A stretch of 64,000 bases of DNA, taken from NCBI GenBank assembly GCA_905178155.1, contig CAJINV010000003.1, forward strand, positions 7,859,882 to 7,923,881. The letters are read 5' to 3'. Of this stretch, positions 1 through 13,047 are shown one piece after another; positions within the stretch are counted from its first letter, which is position 1; every line of letters starts with the position of its first letter. The translations under genes and the position numbers were made by a program. The notes below the pieces were generated by a model that had not been told where the DNA came from, did not search any database, and was given only the letters and a program-made list of their open reading frames with translations. Source of the stretch: Amoebophrya sp. A120 (taxonomy: Eukaryota > Protista > Dinoflagellata).

Positions 1-967
1 GCATTTGCGGCCTCCAAAAGTGTGAAAAGTCGCCCCCATGCCATTCGCATTCGCGGTTTTTGTTGTGTTCGCAGTGTTCTGGCGCCCCACTCTGGGCGAT
101 CCTTATCGGCGGAACCCAAGGCGGCGGGCGCCTTACAAGCACGCAGCTTTTCCCGCTTCCACTACGTCGCCTTTTCCGATGGCCAGCCATAGAATTCACG
201 CCGGCTCGTTTGATAGCAAAGCCCCGGCCAGGTTGAAGCTGCACTCCCGGCCGCTTCGAAAGAACTGCCGATCGTTTTTTAAGGTAAGGGTCAGTATCGA
301 AAAAGACGCCAAGATAGAACGTTCGGGTCCTCACTACATGCTACAGGTTGCCTGGAGCTTCATTCTATTCTTGTCCTTAGATGTCATGCTTCCATTGCAT
401 GTAAGACATAAGCATTCGCGGCCACAAATCAGCGCCTGAAATTCAGCTTCCGACTACGGAGAGGGGAAATTATTGCTCATGATGCCTGAACCCAGTTGCA
501 ACTCCAGCAGTATGCTCTGCAAATATGTGTGGGACTAGAACATCGCCAGACTTCTCATGTCGCTGCCGTTTGCTGTGAATCCATCTTGCGGACTGAATAG
601 TGCGGCTTCTTTGTATATGCAAATAACAGAAAAACGCGACCTCCTAGTATGGGGGCTGGGACCAGCGTTCACTTACCTGCCTGTGTACTGCAGTCATTGT
701 GTCACTCGTGAAGCAGCGCTATAGCTCTGTCTCCAGGGCCAGCCTACTCCTAGTACATGTTTGCAGTTGATAAACAGGGTCGGCAGCGGTACGGAGGCTG
801 GTTGTCCGTCCGGCGAAGCAGCAACCTTGTGCTGAGCAGACGCACTGCCCGCCTGATCTGACTTGGTGCTCGTCTCTGCCATAGTGTTGCCTGGCTACTT
901 GTTACTTGTCGACTCTCATCCTGCTTCCAGAATTTCAAGAACGGAGAGCAGACACAGGAGAAAATAT

Positions 968-1046
968 GATGCCTAACCTTAGCAAAGAACGAAGCCGATG
1001 CCTAACTTTAACACGACGCCGATGCCTAACCTTAGCAAAGAACGAA
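968..1046. repeat. Short tandem repeat (gatgcctaac... x3)
   Basis: gatgcctaaccttagcaaagaacgaa twice, with a shorter variant between. Confidence 0.8.
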
Positions 1047-2818
1047 ATCAAGGGAAAGCACAAACCCTACGAACCGACCGTACGCGAGTAGCAAACCATT
1101 TATGGCGAGAGTTGTTTCTTCATACCTGCAGCTATGCCACATCAGTCGTCACACGAGACGTTTCTGCAAGTGCGTACCATTGATTTTTGCTGAATAGTAG
1201 CACAGGAATCACTTCTGTAGTATGCAATAACATAAGCGCTATTGGTACTTCCTGTCCCAGCATAGGGAGAGGACGAGAAAAAACATTTCGTCATCTCGAC
1301 TGCCGCCTCATGCTCCCGCGCGGAGAAAAAACAAAAACCGACACCCTGTAGTAGTGCCGACTCAAAAAAAAAACCAGGAGCCGAGGCAGGTGCTCAGAAT
1401 CTAATGCTCATGGTCACTCCAATTCTAATTCTTGGGCTGCTCATGCATTTTGAGAAGCACCAACGAATACCAAAACAAAGAACCGAGTAGTCGCTTGTTC
1501 TCAAAGAATGATCGCGATTTCCATTTCTACAACCGAGAACGGCGTATATAAAGCGGTGGACCGATCGCGGACTCGCGACTGACGAAACCGCGCAAGATGG
1601 ATTTCGCAGTACAAAAAAATCCGAGAAAAGAGGTGTGAGCTCGAGCGACCAGTCCTGAAAATGCGTGCTGTGCGTCCTGTGAGAATTACAGGGTGCCCCC
1701 TCGTCTAGGAGGTCCACGGCCATTTTGCCGTGGGCCAATATTTTCAAAGCTTCCCGATCATGGTATGCACCGCAGTTTGCATGAAGTTCGAAGGCATTCT
1801 CTTTCTTGTGCTCGTTCAGTACTAAAAGTAGTTGTCATCATTTCATCGCCCTGCGGATTCTCGGACCGGGCACCAAGAAGGTCGCCCATCAGGGAGGCGA
1901 CCTGGATCTTGTATAGTTAAAGTTAAACTTATGTATGCACTCGGTCAAATGAACACGGTAGACCGACAAGGACATTGTGTGAGGGAGGACCGGAAGACGG
2001 TTTCAACATAACTTCCCCGGTTGATGCAATAGCTGGCACCCTTTCGCGTGAAATAGATGCAGATGCAGTATGAGTATCTATCTTTCTTTGTGTAGTTATA
2101 TATACTACCTACAATACTCGCGAAAGCCATACATACTTGATGCTTCCGAAACAAGCAAGTTCACTCTGCCAGGGATGCCACACGGCAGTGTGGCTCCGCA
2201 ATGCCTGGAAAGAAAAAAGTACGAAGTGCTCTCAAGAATGCTGTCGAAAAGCGTGCGGCCTCGCGTGGGAACGCACTGTCCGCCCCGCGTTGCTGAGGAG
2301 GTAGCCGACAGCGAGAACAAGAGCAGCAAAAGCAAGCTGCAAAATGTCTTCCAGGCGGTACAGTCGGTGCCGTGCGTCATCCTGTGTAAAAGCGTACTAG
2401 CCATCCTCCAATAGTCAGGATTATGGGCATTCTTCTTTATGCGAGGACATCCTTCATCTCCCGATTTGAGCCTGTTTTCCCCCTGATACGAGCCGAGCTT
2501 CCTTTTGTCTTTTTGCTCGCTCCCCCCCCGCCAGCATGCTGGCATTTGCGTCGTCCCCGATCTGCAACGCGTCCTCCGTACAACAAGGCACCGCGGAGGG
2601 CGAATTGGTATCGCACAAGAAAAACCATCGGGACTGCCGTCCCTCTATCCTGGTTTCACTTTCAGAATGGCAAATCCCTAACGAAGTAGAGACAACATCG
2701 GAAAGCGAAAGCACTCGCCCTCATGTTGGGGTGGGGCTAACCATGACACACATCCTGGGCTGCATGGAGAAGAAGATTTGCATGGATTCACATGACAGAG
2801 ATTAGTGTCGGTACGCTT

Positions 2819-5800
2819 TTACACAGGATACGCGTACGACGGGGCCACGTAGGCTAGAATGTAGAGAATCACGTCTGCCCGAACCAGTGGATTGCGCACG
2901 TGCGCGGCTTGGGCCAAAGCCAGCCAGTAGCGACGCTCGGCGCTTTGGTTGAAAAGCCGCCGAAGCAGCGCATACATGGTCGGAAAGAGTAGTCTAGTCA
3001 CAGCAATGCTGGTCTCGTCGGTCCAAAACGCTAACGCGCTGCTGGGTGATCCAAAGAGGAACGCACTACTTCTCCATGCTGGGTTGTAGTCTGGGGGCAC
3101 GGCTTCTGGACCTCGCCCAAACCAGGAGGCCGCATTCAGAGCTGCAGCGGCCACGCCATGGTCGCTGCCCTTGGTCAGTTGCCGGTCTTCCGCAAGAAGG
3201 GCCCACACTGTAGTCGCAAGCTCCGGTATGCGTGCCAAGAGCAGAAGAAAGAGCAGAGGATCGCGGCACAGGAGAAAGAGGAGCAGGGTGAAGCAGGCTG
3301 GGTTCAACCCAACCAGGACGACGGCGCCAACCAGTAGTATGGGCACCACGTCGCTTCTCAGAAAGGGCAAAAGCTGCAAGTCCACTTCCGCTGTCAGCGA
3401 GTCAACATATAAAGCTTGCGGCGTGTTGGTGTTCGTCTTCTCCAAGTGGATAGTTCCTTGTTCGTCTTGCTCCTTTCCCATTTTCGCTGGCTCATCCTCA
3501 TCCTCTACGGAGCTCGCGCACCGCTTTTGACTTGCAGATGATGCACTCTTCGAAGACAGTGGTGCTGAAGGTCCTACCTGCCGTGCCGCAGCCTCCGACC
3601 TACGCTCTGCAGCTTCCAACGACCATACCAGCCTTCTCCCATGGGTGCTATGCATTGCAAACGTACAGCTCAGGCAGTACTTACCGGACGAAATTCTGTT
3701 GCAGTCGCTTCAATCGGATTTACAAGTTTTTCCAAGTACAACGTTGCATAATTCTGCTCCTTCGTTACGTACTTCTAAATACTTATTTCATTCGTCAGAC
3801 ACAGAGAGAGCTGCTCTTCAGTCTTGCAGTCGTGCTGTAAGGTCCTCGCATACAATGGTACCTTTGCGAAGGATACGTACCAGGAGAGGTTGCTGTGCCC
3901 GCGTCGTCTGGTGCGGTGGCGGCTTGAGTTTCCGACTTCGCTGCGCTAGGACGTCGGGAGGAGCAGCTGCAATATCTCCTTCCAGCGCAGCAACCTAGTC
4001 GTCCTCTTAAGCAATTGTTTGTGGCCTCGAACAGTAAGAAGAAAAAGAGAGCAATGCCAAGCCCCAGAATAGACAGCAGGTACAGTAGTAGAAGATTGTA
4101 ATCCTTCTCGATGTCGGCGTAAGCGAAGCCACGCGGGCTGCGTTTGTGAGAAGAGTGCCGCGCACTTTCGTTGTCGAGCGCCACAACTTCCTGTCGAAGC
4201 AACGTAGCCAGTGCAGTCCGCGCCTTGGCGAGCATCGCGGCACCGGGTGCTTCCGGATCTGGGGCCATGAACGGACTGGAGAGGAGATAGAGTGCCCAAG
4301 TGAAGGTTGCGAATTCTGGAACAATTGTGAGCAGAAAACGGCTGCCCTGTCGCGCGAGCAGATTGTATGTAAACGGCTGGAAACCCGGGAGCCGTGCGAG
4401 CAGGAAGAGAGCCCCCGCGACCAACGAGCCCAGGAGGTACGGAACGTACACCCGGAAAATTTGCTTCAGACACGCCAGCAAGTTCCCTTTTGCGTACACT
4501 GCTTTACCCCGCTCCAGCTGCATGAAAGCGAGAAACACGGAGTTCCGACCGAGCCCCGGTGCGCTGATGGATCTGGTTTCTTGTCCGCTACCTCGTCCAT
4601 GTGCTGCACCAGCAGAACTCGTTCGCATGGCAACATCCTCCACGTTCCAACTTCGAGGGAGAACGGCCGCAAAAGCAGAAGACGCAATCCAGTCGAGTCC
4701 GAAGGGTGATAAAAACTGTGCACAGCTGCGGCGCAGCACGATAAGGAACCGCCACATCTGAGAATCAGGCACGGTTCTTTCTGGCCCCATTGCTGTGCTC
4801 TCGCCTGAAAACCCGCCGATGGAGCCTTTGCGCTGTGTTCTGCGACGGTGCTCATCGAGCGCTTCTTGCAGTTCCTTCTCGTCCGCCGGGGAAAAGAAAT
4901 CCTTCAAGTGAATTTTGCCGGAGGTGGCTGCCAGTTTTTCTGCATTCACGGCGGTATCTCCTCCCTTCCGCCGAAAAATTTCCTGGGCCTTGGCTTGCAC
5001 AATCCGCTGCTCCTCCTCATCGAATTCGCCTTGAGGCGAGGATTGCTGGTCTGCCGACGCGAAGAAAATGACGGGCTCCCCGCGGCTGGCGCGGCAGTGT
5101 GCCGCGAGGGAGAAACGCGGGCTCCATACTCGCGGATGGCTTTCTGCGTCCAACAGACCGAGGTTATTTCGCCAACTGCTTTTCGTGAGACCAGCGGTAC
5201 CAGCCGAGCCGAGGCGCCCGACCGAAGCCAAGTCACCGGAGCTGTCCCACGCGAGGCCGAGGCCCTCCGAGGTGGCGTCGTCCAGAGGGCCCTGGCCCGC
5301 CCCAAAGTCCGAAGAGGCAGCGGAACTCGTCGCGTGGTCCAATTCTTGCGGTTGTTCCGAGGCAGCCGTGAAAAAATCGAAGGAAAAGAGTTCGTAGTCT
5401 AACTCATCCTTCGATAGCACCACCCAGGTAAATAACGAAGTCGAGTCCGCCGGAATCACCTCCAGGGGCACGACCAACGAAGATACCCAGTCCCACAAAG
5501 TTAGCGATCGGAGGCGATTCAACCCCCAAGTTTCTCGGTGCGCCGCGAATCCACGAATCTGAAATTTCGAAGGGTTAGAGGCTGAGGATGCAGCGGCTGA
5601 GATCTTCGCGGACCCCTTCATATTTACTTCACCTCTCCCATCCTCCACTTCTTCGTCGATTTTCCCGCCGAAATCTTCATGATCCTCACGACCCACATCA
5701 TGCCCATCGTCCGAGAGATGAAATAGCTGCTCGTCATTCGTTTCGACCGCTCTTTTCTTTCCTCTGCTGTTATTCCGAGCTTTTGTTTCCTGTGTCGCGA

Positions 5801-7709
5801 AGAAAGCGTCTCCCGGACCGATCGCGACGAGACGCGACGGGTCGAATTCCAGCGTCGTGCGCGCGATGCGCTTTCCTGTGCGTGGCGGACTGTCCCCCGC
5901 TTTGCCTTTTCCCGTGGGCTTCGTACCGTCCGGCTGCTGTCCCACGACGCTATTGCGGACCAGGTAAACGCAGAGCTTCTGGGGATGCGACACAGAACCG
6001 ACCGGCATGATCTGCGACCAGACCTCGGAAAAATCGCTCCGCTTGTGCGGCCGATACTGCGGGCCCTTCTTCTTCGTTGCTTCGGACACCTCAAAGTAGC
6101 GCGCATACACTTTCACTTCGTCATGGCATTGAATGACATCTTCCGCGTCGAACCGGTCAAACGGCTCGCCGCCAGCGTGCTTGGAATGCCGGAAACGTCC
6201 TGCAGGTCCGGAGTTGAAGTCCTTTTGCAGCACCAGGACAAAGGGCTCCTCGGAGTGCGGAACCTCCCACTCGTAAAGCGGCGGCCGAGCATCGGCTGAA
6301 TTATCTGTATCGCGGCCCCTGATGGTGGTCCTGGAAGTGGTGGAGCTTGATGTTTTCTTCCCTGTGGTCTCTTCAGCAAGGTGCTTCATCCGTGCGGGGC
6401 GAAACAACCGCGCCAGGTCGGTTTCAAGCCGCAAGACGGCGCGCCCCTCCCTGAGGCTTTTCGCTTCCGGCAGGGCCACATCCAGCTCGTAGAGCTGGTG
6501 CGTGTCCAGCAACTCTTTCCGAAGTCCGCCGCGCGCGTTCCCCACTTCCGCGAAGAGCGAGTTGAGCCGGAAAAACGGGGACCGTAGGCTGTCCAGCGCA
6601 TCTGCGTATCCCTGGTCCACATCATCGGTGCTAATGGAGACGTCCCCTGCCTTCGAAGAGGACTGTGCATCTTCGTCCTGCTGCTCGGTGGAGGAAGTAG
6701 AAGTAGTGCTACTACCTTTTTTACTGGCGGACTTCCTGCGCGGACGATGCAGCTGCGGCAGGCTTACCGAACCCAAACGATGCAACACCGGTCGCGAGAA
6801 GAGCAGAGAAACGTGCGTCTGGTCGTTGTAAACGTTCTTCATAGTTATTGTCGGAATAATGGAACCGTCGGCACGGCACGTGAACTCGGGTGACAGCAAC
6901 TCGTCTCGGGCCCCGGAACTGACGCCCAGTACCTTCACGGCTTCGTCGGGCACAACCTCCTCCTCCGCCAAGCGCGCGAGTTTCGCGTCCAGAAACAGAA
7001 AGGGGTGGAATCGCTGCACGCAACTGATGCAGAAAACGTAGTCTACACGCTTGCGAAGCGCCGGGTATAGGTACAGTGCGTGTTTCGCTACCAGGTATCC
7101 CATGGAGTGCGCCACGAGCACCAGCGAGTGATTGCGCCTCGACCTTGTTGCTTGTTTCACCTTCTCGCCACGCTCTCCCCGAAGATGCTGCTCGTGCTCC
7201 TCCCCCCAACGGGTCCGGCGATCCGTCAGCTTCACGACGGACGCACGAAGGAACTCCGCTTGGTTGCGTAAGATGTGTGCGCTGAACGCAGTGGGTTGCT
7301 CCGCGAAGTCCAGCGAAAAAAAGTGCACCGCTCCGGTGAAGGAGCCTTTCAAGTAGAACTCGTGCAGGTTCAGCATCTGCTTCCAGCTGCCCTGGTTCCC
7401 CGGCACGAACAGCAGTGTGGGGGGTCGCACGCCGGCCTGGAAGTGCGCTGCCTCGTCGTCGACGTGCTCTTCGAAGTTGTCGTAAGCCTCCCGTGGGTTC
7501 AGCGACACCTTGCGAAGCGCAAAGTGCGTGCGCCTTGTAGTTTCCGTGGTTGTCCTCTCTACACGCTCCACCTCCCACTGGAACGCGCTCGTACGTTCCA
7601 TGTTCCACGTCCCCTTGTAGTGGTACAACCCACTCCAGGCCACAAGCATCCCCACGGCGAAGAGCAACCCCGACGCGTACGGGAACCAAAGAGCAGACGT
7701 TGCCTTCAT
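2819..7709 (-). CDS. PGAP1/BST1-like GPI inositol-deacylase (alpha/beta hydrolase plus C-terminal TM region), 2 exons, about 1550 aa
   Basis: N-terminal TM, LLFVPGNQGSWKQM and VAHSMG motifs. ORFs 3795..7709 and 2819..3655 join in frame (PGT|HGRRL) after removing 3644..3875. Confidence 0.75.
3649..3875. mobile_element. TIR intron element in PGAP1-like gene
   Basis: Ends tatgcattgcaaacgtac / revcomp tatccttcgcaaaggtac. Flanks in transcript sense GTACG/GCACC. Removing element+5 nt fuses two ORFs in frame. Confidence 0.75.
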
Positions 7710-8185
7710 TTTTTTTCAATTCGGGTGCCAAGAATTGTTCGCCCACGTACGAACGATGGCAAATAAATCTACATCTTTCAGCGGACAAGGATGCATCCGC
7801 GTTGTCGTCGTGGAGAACATGAAAGGTCAGTATTATATTGCAATTGCTAGCACTTCTGACGTTATTAAAGTAACGTAACTTAGCATCGGGAAGATCGACG
7901 ACGTGGACGTGCTACAAATGAAACAATGAACAGAGACATAGAAGTCGATCATGATCATCAGGGCATAGAGAGTATCAAAAAGCAAAAGTGCAGAGACTGA
8001 GAGGTAAAGTCACCGGCATGTCGAACACACAGGTATCATCCCGAACTGCATATGAGAGATGGTACCGCGGAGGTCGGGTATTTCGGCCACTTGCTTCTCC
8101 TGCATGCGTTTGCGTTTTCGATCACGTTACTACGCACGGGCAAAAGAAGCAGAACAGCACTCCTGACGCCCCCCGGTCTTTGTGC

Positions 8186-11100
8186 CTAAATTCGATGCTG
8201 ATAGGAGCCTGCCTTGGTGATGTAGCGAATCCACTTGACAGGGCGGTAGTTGCTTTTTTCCTGCACGCGCAGAAATCTTACCCGCAACCCTGTCGCTGTG
8301 AACATGGGCACCTGAAAGTCCATGCTGATCGGGGGTCGCACCCACTTCGTCGCGGTGCTCGCTCCAACCTGAGCAGTTCCGGGACCGCCTGCGGGTGCCG
8401 CACTCAGGGGCAACCCCGTCGTTAGATCGTCGCTGCTAAGTTCCACTTCGGCAGACAGCGTGTTTTCGGTGTTGCCGGGAAGCCTATGAAAAATAAAAAA
8501 TCCCCCTCTTCCCATGTACATATTGAAACTGGAAACTCTTGTTCTGATGCAGTAGATTTGTGCACACAAACGAAATCATGTTGTCTTCCAGGATTGCATC
8601 ATCTTGAGCGGATGCTACTAACTTAAGTAAAACTACTGCGTAAGAACTAGTAGAGTTCTAGCTGTTCGGCACCATGGCGGTAGATTCCTCACCTGCACTT
8701 ACTACTTAAGTGCCTTTTTGACCATGGCGGGTACTAAGTAGGGGGATAATAATTTTTCCTCATGATAAAACCGGCGTATCCGCCAGACTAGGTCGCTCTG
8801 TTCGTGCTTGGCTTTGCCGTTGGTGGCGGAGTGTACCATAACCCGGGTGGTGGACTTGGGTACCGGGATGGTAAGCACCACGTTTGTGGCGTAACAGTTT
8901 GCGTCGAACAGCGACTTCACCTTCAGCGAAACCTCGAGCCTATTCCGCCCCCGCTCTTGTACGAGCGGAAGGAGCTTGAAGGGGCACTGGATGTTTTCCG
9001 TGATCCGGTACTGCATCAATTCAAACGTGCCGTCGGGCGGAATAAAGGTGATGGTTTTCTCGGTGTCATACTTGCTCAGCCGCACACACTGATGGAAGCG
9101 ACAGTCGTCCATCACGATCTGACCTTGTTGACTCGTCTTGACGCCGCCACTTGCCCCGCCGGCCGCTGCCTGCCCGCCGAGTACCAACTTGTCGTTCATC
9201 CCAAACTTACCTTGTTGACGAGTATAATGTATTGCCTTCATCCGTCATCTCATGCTTCCAATCTAGAAGTGCTGAGAAGGAGAACCACAACAGCTTGATA
9301 CTTACTATGGGACGAACAAGCAAAAGGTAATAAGTACATTCGGGCATTCCGCTGAGCAGGGCTTTCACCATGATCTGTCCGGAAACATCGGCCCGGAGAA
9401 GTGTACCGGAATTGCTTAGCAAGACATTCACGGACTCGATCACGTCAATATAGACTTCGTTTTTCCTGGAACAAGATTTGGATTTTTCACTTCCTTATGT
9501 ACATCGTAACACTACTTCTGAGATCTTCATCTTTTTCCACATACGGCCATGTCACGAGTTACGTTGAAGATGATGTTGAAACTACACGTTTTATCTCTCC
9601 ATCACACACTACAGGAGCAAAAATATCACAATTTCGTCAGACACACACACACAGTGCAGTAATAGTTGTTCATGCTCATGCAGGAGCAGAAAGAATAAGA
9701 AACCATAACAATTACATAATATATTAATTTAGACTACCCATGTTTGACCCACGAGCAACCCATGAGGAACCCACCAGACCCACCACCGACCCACCAACGA
9801 CCCACCAGCGACCCACCAACGACCCACCACCTAACCCACCTTTGACCCATGGATACCAATGCGGAAATGGGATTTGCGGTGGTACCCCCGGGGGTGGGTC
9901 CCTGGTACCCCGGGAGGTGGTCTGCGGTACCCCTCGCCGTGGGTTTGATGGACAACCTCCGGCGAGGTCGCACAACATCCGGCGACGCTGCTTCCTTGGG
10001 GCGGGCGGGACCTTGGTGCCGCGACTCGAGGCACCAAGCCAAGCCCCGCTGGCTGCCGGGAGGGTGCGAGGGACGGGTGGGACCGTGGTGCCGAGAGTCA
10101 CGGCGCCAAGCACGCCCCGGGGGCGAGGGGTGGATCAATGGGACCTTGGTGCCGCGACTCGAGGCACCAGGCCAAGCCCTGCTGCCGGGAGGGGGCGAGA
10201 GACGGATGGGACCGTGGTGCCGCGAGTCACGGCACCAAGCTTGTTTTGGGGGTGTGGGGTGGATCGATGGGACCTTTGTGCTGCGACTCGAGGCACCTAT
10301 CCAAGTCCCGCTGCCGGGACGGAGGGGGCGAGAGGCGAATGGGACCGTGGTGCCGCGAGTCACGGCACCAAGCATGCCCCGCTGCTTCCTTGGGGCGGGC
10401 GAGACCTTGGTGCCGCGACTCGAGGCACCAAGCCAAGCCCCGCGGGCTGCCGGGAGGGTGCGAGGGACGGGTGGGACCGTGACGCCGCGAGTCACGGCAC
10501 CAAGCACGCCCCGGGGGTGAGGGGTGGATCGATGGGACCTTGGTGCCGCGACTCGAGGCACCAGGCCAAGCCCTGCTGCCGGTAGGGGGCGAAAGACGGA
10601 TGGGACCGTGGTGCCGCGACTCACGGCACCAAGCACGCCCCGCGGCTTGAGGCGGGTGGGACCTTGGTGCCGCGACTCGAGGCACCAAGCCAAGCCCCGC
10701 TGGCTGCCGGGAGGGTGCGAGGGGCGGGTGGGACCGTGGTTCCGCGAGTCACGGCACCAAGCACGCCCCGGGGACGGGGGGTGGATGGATGGGACCTTGG
10801 TCCCGCGACTCACGGCACCAAGCACGCCCCGCTGCTTGAGGCGAGTGGGACCTTGGTGCCGCGACTCGAGGCACCAACCAAGCCAAGCCCCGGTGGCTGC
10901 CGGGAGGGTGCGAGGGACGGCGACGGGTGGGACCGTGGTGCCGCGAGTCACGGCACCAAGCACGCCCCGGGGACGAGGGGTGGATCGATGGGACCTTGGT
11001 GCCGTGACTCGAGGCACCAAGCCAAGCCCCGCTGCCGGGACGGAGGGGGCGAGAGACGAATGGGACCGTGGTGCCGCGACTCACGGCAGCAAGCACGCCC

Positions 11101-13047
11101 CTCTGCTTCCTCGGGGCGGGCGGGACCTTGGTGCCGCGGCTCGAGGCACCAAGCCAGGTCCCGCTGGCTGCCGGGAGGGTGCGAGGGACGGGTGGGACCG
11201 TGGTGCCGCAAGTCACGGCACCAAGCACGCCCCCGGGACGAGGGGTGGATCGATGGGACCTTGGTGCCGCGACTCGAGGCACCAAGCTAAGTCCCGCTGC
11301 CGGGACGGAGGGGGCGAGAGGCGAATGGCACCGTGGTGCCGCGAGTCACGGCACAAAGCCCGCCCCGCTGCTTGGGGCGGGCGGGACCTTGGTGCCGCGA
11401 CTCGAGGCACCAAGCTAAGTCCCGCTGCCGGGGCGGAGGGGGCGACCGAGAGGCGAATGGGACCGTGGCTGGTGCCGCGAGTCACGGCACCAAGCATGCC
11501 CCACTGCTTCCTTGGGGCGGGCGGGACCTTGGCGCCGCGACTCGAGGCACCAAGCCAAGCCCCGCTGGCTGCCGGGAGGGTGCGAGGGACGGGTGGGACC
11601 GTGGTGCCACGAGTCACGGCACCAAGCGCGCCCCGGGGGCGAGGGGTTGATCGATGGGACCTTGGTGCCGCGACTCGAGGCACCAAGCCAAGCCCCGCTC
11701 CCGGGAGGGGGCGAGAGACGGATGGGACCGTGGTGCCGCGACTCACGGCACCAAGCACGCCCCGCTGCTTGAGGCGGGTGGGACCTTGGTGCCGCGACTC
11801 GAGGCACCAAGCCAAGCTCCGCTGGTTGCCGGGAGGGTGCGAGGGTCGGGTGGGACCGTGGTGCCGCGAGTCACGGCCCCAAGAACGCCCCCGGGACGCG
11901 GGGTGGATCGATGGGACCTTGGTGCCGCGACTCGAGGCACCAAGCCAAGCCCCGCTCCCGGGAGGGGGCAAGAGACGGATGGGCCCGTGGTGCCGCGACT
12001 CACGGCACCAAGCACGCCCCGCTGCTTGAGGCGGGTGGGACCTTGGTGCCGCGACTCAAGACCGAGGCATTGGGTGGAGAGCGACTGGGGGCGCCCACCT
12101 GCGACCAACGGATCCAGCGCCCCGGGCCGGGGCGTTGGATGGGGGTCGGTCGAGGCTGGCCAGCAGGCCTTGGAGGATCCAGTGGCCCGGGCTGAGGCGT
12201 TGTTTGGTGGTTGCGGCTGTCCACCTGCCATCGGCGGATCTAGCGCCCTGGGCCGGGGAGTGGGATAGGGGCCGGCCCGAGGTTGGCCAGCAGGTCGAAG
12301 AGGGCTTATCCAGCGACCCGGGCCGAGGCGTTGGATGGGGATCAAGGTTCCGGGTGGTCCGGTTCCGGGTGGTCCCGTTCCGGGTGGTCTGGTACTGGGT
12401 GGTCCGGGACCTATCCACAAGAGCGCCCGGGCTCCGCCCGGGCCAGCCTTGTAAAATAACATTAAAAAATGCGACCCTCCACACCTATATTTGATTCCTT
12501 CGCCCCGCCAGGAGCAATTTCCGGTGGCCTGAATGGTAATTTTTTTCAGCTGCTCTTCGTCTTGAACCAGGGCGGCTGAATTGCCCTGCGTGATGTACTT
12601 CTTCAGCACCTCCGCCTCCAGAACTTGAGGATATCCGAAATCGAGCACCTCGTCCAGCAGCTCGTAGATGAGAACGAAGTTTTTGTGGATGACTGCCTCG
12701 GTAAGCGCCCCGCTCGCGGGCGCGGAGTGAAAGGCCGAGGACATGAGCGAAGAGCCTGCGGTGCCCTGAAAGTAGGACTTAAAAAGCTCGGTCAGCTTGT
12801 ACAACAGCTTGAACACCAGCACGCAGTTCACGTCATTCTTTGTCGCCGCCACGAGCGTCACCTCGCCCGAGGTCACGTGCAGGAAGTAGCAGTTGTCCAA
12901 TTGATGAATCGGGCGTTCTTGGAGCTCCTTTGCGGACACTACCACCTCCGCGAACTTTTCTATTTCGCTTCGCAAAACGTCATCTTTGTAGGACCGCAAT
13001 ACCAGTATGTCGCCCTTCTGGTTCAGCAAAATAATGGAGCTGATCAT
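8186..13047 (-). CDS. AP2M1: AP-2 complex subunit mu, 4 exons
   Basis: MISSIILLNQKGD, NFVLIYELLDEVLDFGYPQ, YRKNEVYIDVIESVN, FHQCVRL, FIPPDG, PPISMDFQVPMFTATGLRVRFL. Introns 9466..12484 and 9211..9337 are GT-AG; a third 288-nt intron lies near 8480..8771. Confidence 0.93.
8485..8767. mobile_element. TIR intron element (TATCAAAAGGAAAAAT family) in AP2M1 intron 3
   Basis: Ends tatgaaaaataaaaaatccccc / revcomp tatcatgaggaaaaatt. Left arm resembles the 44305 and 53545 copies. Flanks GGTTT/GGCTT. Confidence 0.75.
10007..12060. repeat. GC-rich palindromic higher-order tandem array (32 cores) inside AP2M1 intron 1
   Basis: Core gggacc(t/g)tggtgccgcga(ctcga/gtcac)ggcaccaagc recurs every about 56-82 bp with four recurring linker types. 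Confidence 0.95.

Noticed and set aside
1-2800. Short ORFs at the window start (also 16500-18400, 28400-29700 and 58500-61000)
   Set aside because: No recognisable domains or consistent exon chains could be established by eye.
10007-12060. CRISPR array
   Set aside because: The linkers are not unique (four recurring classes), two repeat variants alternate, there are no cas genes, and the array lies in a eukaryotic intron.
9724-12494. Long overlapping ORFs (up to 501 aa) in several frames
   Set aside because: By-products of a stop-poor GC-rich repeat inside the GT-AG intron 9466..12484.
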